Positions 51,303 through 56,891 of a stretch of 56,891 nucleotides of DNA are shown piece after piece. Location of the stretch: positions 54,655,747 through 54,712,637 of the forward strand of contig NC_068987.1 in assembly GCF_001194135.2 (NCBI RefSeq). The letters run 5' to 3'. Positions within the stretch are counted from its first letter, which is position 1; each line of letters begins with the position of its first letter. The notes under the pieces are model-generated. The model ran no database searches. It was not told the DNA's origin and was given only the letters and a program-made list of their open reading frames with translations. Source of the stretch: Octopus bimaculoides. Taxonomy: Eukaryota. The position numbers and the translations under genes are program-made.

Positions 51303-51334
<32 letters not shown>

Positions 51335-51410
51335 CAGATCGATAGATTGATAGATAGATATTCCAATAATTACATGCATACCTATACATATCTATGTATA
51401 TGTGTATATG

Positions 51411-51660
51411 TGCCGGTGGCACGTAAAAAGCACCATTCGAGCATGGTTGATGCCAGTACCACCTGACTGGTCTTCATGCCAGTTGCACACAAAAAGAACC
51501 CATTACACTCTCAGAGTGGTTGGCATTAGGAAGGGCATCCAGCTATAGAAACTCTGCAAGATCAGACTGGAGCCTGGTGCAGCCTTCTGGCTTGCCAGCC
51601 CTCAGTCAAACTGTCCATTGCATGCCAGCATGGAAAGCAGACGTTAAATGAAGATGATGA
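51411..51660 (+). mobile_element. Family B element
   Basis: One 66-bp-type unit plus the common 3' end. Confidence 0.85.
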
Positions 51661-52193
51661 CGATATATATATATACATATGTATGTAAATATAGAACATT
51701 GGAATGAGTGCTCAACAATGCATTGGTGAATAATAAATAATTTCTTTTATATATATATATATATATATATNNNNNNNNNNNNNNNNNNNNNNNNNNNNNN
51801 NNNNNNNNNNNNNNNNNNNNNNNNNNNNNNNNNNNNNNNNNNNNNNNNNNNNNNNNNNNNNNNNNNNNNNNNNNNNNNNNNNNNNNNNNNNNNNNNNNNN
51901 NNNNNNNNNNNNNNNNNNNNNNNNNNNNNNNNNNNNNNNNNNNNNNNNNNNNNNNNNNNNNNNNNNNNNNNNNNNNNNNNNNNNNNNNNNNNNNNNNNNN
52001 NNNNNNNNNNNNNNNNNNNNNNNNNNNNNNNNNNNNNNNNNNNNNNNNNNNNNNNNNNNNNNNNNNNNNNNNNNNNNNNNNNNNNNNNNNNNNNNNNNNN
52101 NNNNNNNNNNNNNNNNNNNNNNNNNNNNNNNNNNNNNNNNNNNNNNNNNNNNNNNNNNNNNNNNNNNNNNNNNNNNNNNNNNNNNNNNNNNNN

Positions 52194-52239
<46 letters not shown>

Positions 52240-52534
52240 ATGCTGTATGTGTATGTCTATGGATTATCTGTGTTTGTATAGGTGGGCAGGTGTATGAGAG
52301 TGTTCTCTGTTAAGTATCTATGAATGTACGCGTTCTTTTATGTATATCTGAATGTATGTGCTTATGTATTTATGTATATATGCATACATGCATATATGTA
52401 TAGATGTACGTGTGCATGCATGTATCTATATCCTTCCGGTTTTGTTTTTCAAATTTCTTGCCAATAGAGAAAGAGCTAGTTTCTAATTCAAAAGCAAGGT
52501 TTGTTCTTCAATAAAAACTATACAGCATACAGGC

Positions 52535-52755
52535 GCAGAAGTGGCTGCGTGGTAAGTAGCTTGCTTACCAATCACATGGTTCCGGGTTCATTCCCACTGT
52601 GTGGTATCTTGAGCAAGTGTCTTCTACNNNNNNNNNNCATTCCCACTGTGTGGTATCTTGAGCAAGTGTCTTCTACTATAGCCTCGGGCCTACCAAAGTC
52701 TTGTGAGTGAATTTGGTAGACGGAAATTGAAAGAAGCCCGCTGTATATATGTATG

Positions 52756-52788
<33 letters not shown>

Positions 52789-52962
52789 ATATGTTTGTGT
52801 GTCTGTGTTTGTCCCCACCAGCATCGCTTGACAACCGATGGTGGTGTGTTTACGTCCCCGTAACCTAGCGGTTCGGCAAAAGAGACCGATAGAATAAGTA
52901 CTAGGCTTACAAAGAATAAGTCCCGGGGTCGATTTGCTCGACTAAAGGCGGTGCTCCAGCAT
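52535..52962 (+). mobile_element. SINE family A, young
   Basis: Head, (TA)(TG) middle and body; contains a 10-N gap flanked by a 39-bp duplicate. Confidence 0.88.
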
Positions 52963-53294
52963 TCAATTCTTTGGCCAAGCAGTGCATTGTGTTCTTCAAC
53001 AAATCTCTTCCATTCAACTGTAAATTGGTAACCCTCTGATCAGAGGGAACATTAGCCTGCTCACCTGGCCAGTGGGTAATGTCATTCAAAAGCTGTTATG
53101 GGAGAATCCTGAACAGCCTCACATGACTGAAGATGGACTAATTGATTACAATAAGTAAGAACTGAGCGAACTGTCAGGAGTGCAGTAGACGGTGTTAGTT
53201 TGATGTGTTGGTTTAACAGTCAGTAGTTGAACAGTGAATATTGAGTATCATACCTACGTCCAAGTAGTACAGAGTGCGTTGATAGGTCATTTTT

Positions 53295-53715
53295 AGATAA
53301 GGAAGATTATATGATGCATGTATATGGACAGGAATTCTCCATGGTAGTGAAATGTGGAGCCTGAATGCAGAAGAAATGCAAAGGTTAGAAAGAAATGAGG
53401 CTAGTATGTAAGTGCACATGTTTTGACAGTGCTAGTGCTTGGAGAGAGAAGTTAGGCAGAAGAGGAATTAGTTGCTGTGTAAGAGAGAAGACTGCACTGG
53501 TTTGGTCATGTGATGTGGATGGATGCTGACAGCTCCATAAAGAAGTACTGATCTCTCGAGGTAGATGGAACACATGGAAGTAAGAGACCCAGGAAGATAT
53601 GGGACAAAGTGCTGAAGAATGACCTGAGGATGTTGAACCTTTCAGATGAGATAACAAAGGACTGAGATGCCTGGCACCTTGCTGTACTCAAGAAGACCTA
53701 TACTCTGCAGCAGAA
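53295..53715 (+). mobile_element. RTE LINE ORF 3' region
   Basis: GRLYDACI...LHGSEMW...RLERNEASM, LHWFGHVM, RPRKIWDKVLKNDLRMLNL...DAWHLAV. Confidence 0.85.
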
Positions 53716-53767
53716 GTATTAAGACCACTTTCCCCAGTAGTGAGGATTGAACTGCAAGAGTCCTGGG

Positions 53768-53892
53768 CTGGTGTCATGTAAAAAGCACTTGTGGCAATGC
53801 CATGTAAAAGTGCCTGTGTGGTTCCATGTAAAAGTGGTCATGTGGCACCACATAAAAGTGACTGTGTGGTGCCATGTAAAAGCACTCAGTAC
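53768..53892 (+). repeat. About 24-bp minisatellite, 5 units, from a family-B-related module
   Basis: GGTGYCAYRTAAAAG.... repeated five times. Confidence 0.75.
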
Positions 53893-53970
53893 TCTCCACA
53901 AGACCAACACTAAGAACCTACTCCCAGTTGTAACTGTTGAGACCCAGGAACCTGTCCACTCAATCAGTGA

Positions 53971-54295
53971 TGTTTGATTAAATCCATCATATATGAGGTA
54001 TAAGTTACTGCAACACTAGATAACACAGCCAATATGAAGAGCTATATCAGACTTTGTGAAGGAGAATTCAAGACTCACTATGCAAATCACATACATTCCT
54101 TCTGACACAGGGACAAAAGCAAACCTACAAAGTTGGCTAGCCACATATGGAATTTGAAATCAAACGCAACACCACAGACAGTAAAGTAGACGTTAGCTGA
54201 AAAATCCACACCATATGTTAACAAATAACAAAAAATGTAAATTATGCATAGCTGAAAGCTTATAATTTACAGTCTAAGAGAATTAATTCTTATTT
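53971..54295 (+). mobile_element. Second Penelope-like GIY-YIG relic (possibly Naiad-like)
   Basis: CLIKSIIYEV*...SYIRLCEGEFKTHYANHIHSF*H...TKLASHIWNLK...EKSTPY...(C)KLCIAE; clade assignment from remembered motif pattern only. Confidence 0.78.
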
Positions 54296-54421
54296 CCCTC
54301 TACTCTTTTTTTATCCACTTAATTTATCGTTTTCCGGTTTTTCAACACTCCACTTTTTAAATATGCTTCCTTCATGCCTTTTCTCGCTTTTTCTTTCACT
54401 CCATTATAAATTCATTATGCC

Positions 54422-54516
54422 ATGTGGGCAGTATCTGATGATTGTGCTGGGACACCAGACACGTTGTAAAGCAATGTTTGGTCTGTTCTCAGCACATGAA
54501 ACTAAAAGTAGCACAT
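54422..54516 (+). ncRNA. Type I hammerhead-ribozyme-like motif in a Penelope-like 3' region
   Basis: CTGATGA(54435-54441)-T-TGTGCTG...CAGCACA-T-GAAA-CT-AAA-AG-TA(54510): 7-bp perfect base of a long stem II, 3-bp stem III, GUA site; stem I imperfect. Confidence 0.65.
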
Positions 54517-54685
54517 AAAAATATATATTGTATATAGTACTTTTCTTGTTTATCTTACCATCATGGAACAGTACACTATATAAATATATGTGTGTGCATG
54601 TGTGTATATGTATATGTATATATGTGTTTGTGTGTGTGTGTGTGTGCGTATGTATATACATACAACATACATACATATATACACA

Positions 54686-54722
<37 letters not shown>

Positions 54723-54743
54723 ATATATATATATACACACATA

Positions 54744-55618
54744 CAGGATGTGGTGAATAAACTGTCATCTAAATTACACAAAAATGAAAATAACACTGAC
54801 ATCTCATTTTAACAGATATATTTACCAAAATTACATAAAAATATTTTGAGATACTAAAGAGTGAATTTATTCAATAAAATTGCCATTGGCTTCAACCACA
54901 GCCTCCAGACAACTTCGGAATCTCCTGCAATTCTTCTGGACAGTCTCTTTAGTTTAAGATGGTGGATGCTACCATAATCTTTGCCTTCAGTATATCTTAG
55001 GTGTTACAAGGAGTTTTGTTGGTCTCTCACTCAACTGCACCCAACACATAATAATCAAGGGGGTTGCAGTATGGGGAGTTAGGGGTGGTGTGGTTGCAGA
55101 AATTGTCTGACAGCTATGACTGAGTTCTTCCACTTGTGTGACATGGTGCAGAGTCCTGTTGCCAGACATAGAGTCTTCCAGCAGCCACCCTCTTGACCCA
55201 AAGCAGCACTGCCTCCTCCAAGCATTTGATGTAGGCCTCTGTGTTGAGTCTGATGTCGTGTGGGAAGATGAAGGGAGGCATAACATCACCATTACTAGTG
55301 ATTACTTCAAACAGCATGATGTTGACTGGATGTTTGATTTTTATCATTCTCAGTACATATCCTCCGATTGCAATGTCCTCAGATTAACACCCAAACACTC
55401 TGAAATGTTTGTATTGGAGCTTCTGGTGCAAATGCCAAACAGTACAGCATGTTGTTTCCAAATTTCTGGCAGAGTGAATTGCATTATGGTACTGTTTTTC
55501 TCATAGTTGGTGCCCAACAGACCCTACTATACTGTGTAGTCAACAAAATCAAAAACAAACGTAGTGCATGCATGAAATTAAAAATATATAATTGCAACAA
55601 TTTTCTCATCGTACCCTG
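54744..55618 (-). mobile_element. Internally deleted Tc1/mariner (maT/DD37D-like) transposon
   Basis: TA at 54742-54743 and 55619-55620, imperfect TIRs CAGGATGTGGTGAATAAACTGT / CAGGGTACGATGAGAAAATTGT; VMPPFIFP, YVWQQDSAPCH, NSPYCNPLDYYV. Confidence 0.88.
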
Positions 55619-56184
55619 TATATATATAAATAAATAAATAAATAANNNNNNNNNNNNNNNNNNNNNNNNNNNNNNNNNNNNNNNNNNNNNNNNNNNNNNN
55701 NNNNNNNNNNNNNNNNNNNNNNNNNNNNNNNNNNNNNNNNNNNNNNNNNNNNNNNNNNNNNNNNNNNNNNNNNNNNNNNNNNNNNNNNNNNNNNNNNNNN
55801 NNNNNNNNNNNNNNNNNNNNNNNNNNNNNNNNNNNNNNNNNNNNNNNNNNNNNNNNNNNNNNNNNNNNNNNNNNNNNNNNNNNNNNNNNNNNNNNNNCAT
55901 ACATACATACACACATATAAATATATATGTATATATACAGTTCTTTTTGGGAATATCTTAAATCACACACATAAAGCTATAAATAATGGCATGCAGATAT
56001 TAGGTATTAGGATGAAAAATCTTTCTGGATTCAAAAAGTTGAAGGTTTTTGATAAAGCCTTCAACTTTATCTAAAATATTCCCAAAACGAATTATCTCAT
56101 TATCTCTCAAAAGTTTACGAAATTTTTATGACACCAACAAAATATATGTGTGTGTGTGTGCATTTGTTTGTGTGAGTGTGCATA

Positions 56185-56233
<49 letters not shown>

Positions 56234-56352
56234 AAATATGTATACACTGACATATATACATATATATATACATATGTATATGCACATATATACATACAGA
56301 TGTGCATGTTTATTTTTTTTATTGATATTTAGCAGAAGCAACTATACATGCA

Positions 56353-56383
<31 letters not shown>

Positions 56384-56860
56384 TAGTGGGGGATTTTAGT
56401 CCAGGTAAAATATTTTATGAGATAGGCTCTCTCTTAGTACACCAGGTTAACCATATCGTTTAGATTAGTGAAGAACTCTGCATATTCTTGTTGCAGGGTT
56501 CTATCGTATGCCTCACTTCCTTTATTCTCTCTATTCTTTCCTCTCTTCTTTTCTTTCCTTCTCTTCCCTTCAGTCCCTTTCCAAATCATCACTTCTCTTC
56601 CTCTTTCCTCTTCATCTTTCTTCCACTTATCTTATCCTTATTGCTTCTCTTCACTCTCCTCTCATGCTTGTACCATTCTTTCAGTATTCTGCTTGTTTCT
56701 AAGCAGAAATGACTGACAAAAGTAGCATTAATTTTCTTGGTCATTCAATTTTTATCAACCAATCACTGGGATGATTGAGTAAACCCATAATGACTACTGG
56801 AAACATCTGTAAGTCAAATTTACTACAATAAAGAAATATGCAATGACCATTATTCATGCC

Positions 56861-56891
<31 letters not shown>

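Noticed and set aside
52589-52676. 39-bp direct repeat around a 10-N gap
   Set aside because: Unmerged contig overlap; the SINE consensus has one copy.
56036-56070. AAGTTGAAGG / CCTTCAACTT hairpin
   Set aside because: A single short inverted repeat with no context; expected by chance in 57 kb of AT-rich DNA.

Overview
AT-rich, microsatellite-dense animal DNA from a gapped draft assembly (about 15 N-runs). The repeat content most resembles an octopus genome (inferred from repeat character, not checked). I find no convincing host protein-coding gene; only one weak candidate exon (2572-2717, minus). The window is a mosaic of decayed transposons: a near full-length R4/Dong-like RLE LINE (14.7-18.2 kb) plus 3' stubs, a second RLE family, RTE and CR1-like fragments, two Penelope-like GIY-YIG fragments, two hAT transposase relics, a deleted maT/DD37D mariner, several MITEs, a Helentron-like element and dozens of copies of about five SINE-like families. 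The most interesting signal is a set of type I hammerhead-ribozyme motifs (23246-23312, 24974-25062, 26848-26890, 54422-54516, plus two decayed remnants). Three share an unusual CUGANGA-U...U-GAAAC core with a long stem II, and one sits directly downstream of a Penelope-like endonuclease. Folds were derived by eye and activity is untested. There is also evidence of a contig-order error at 22.4-24.2 kb.
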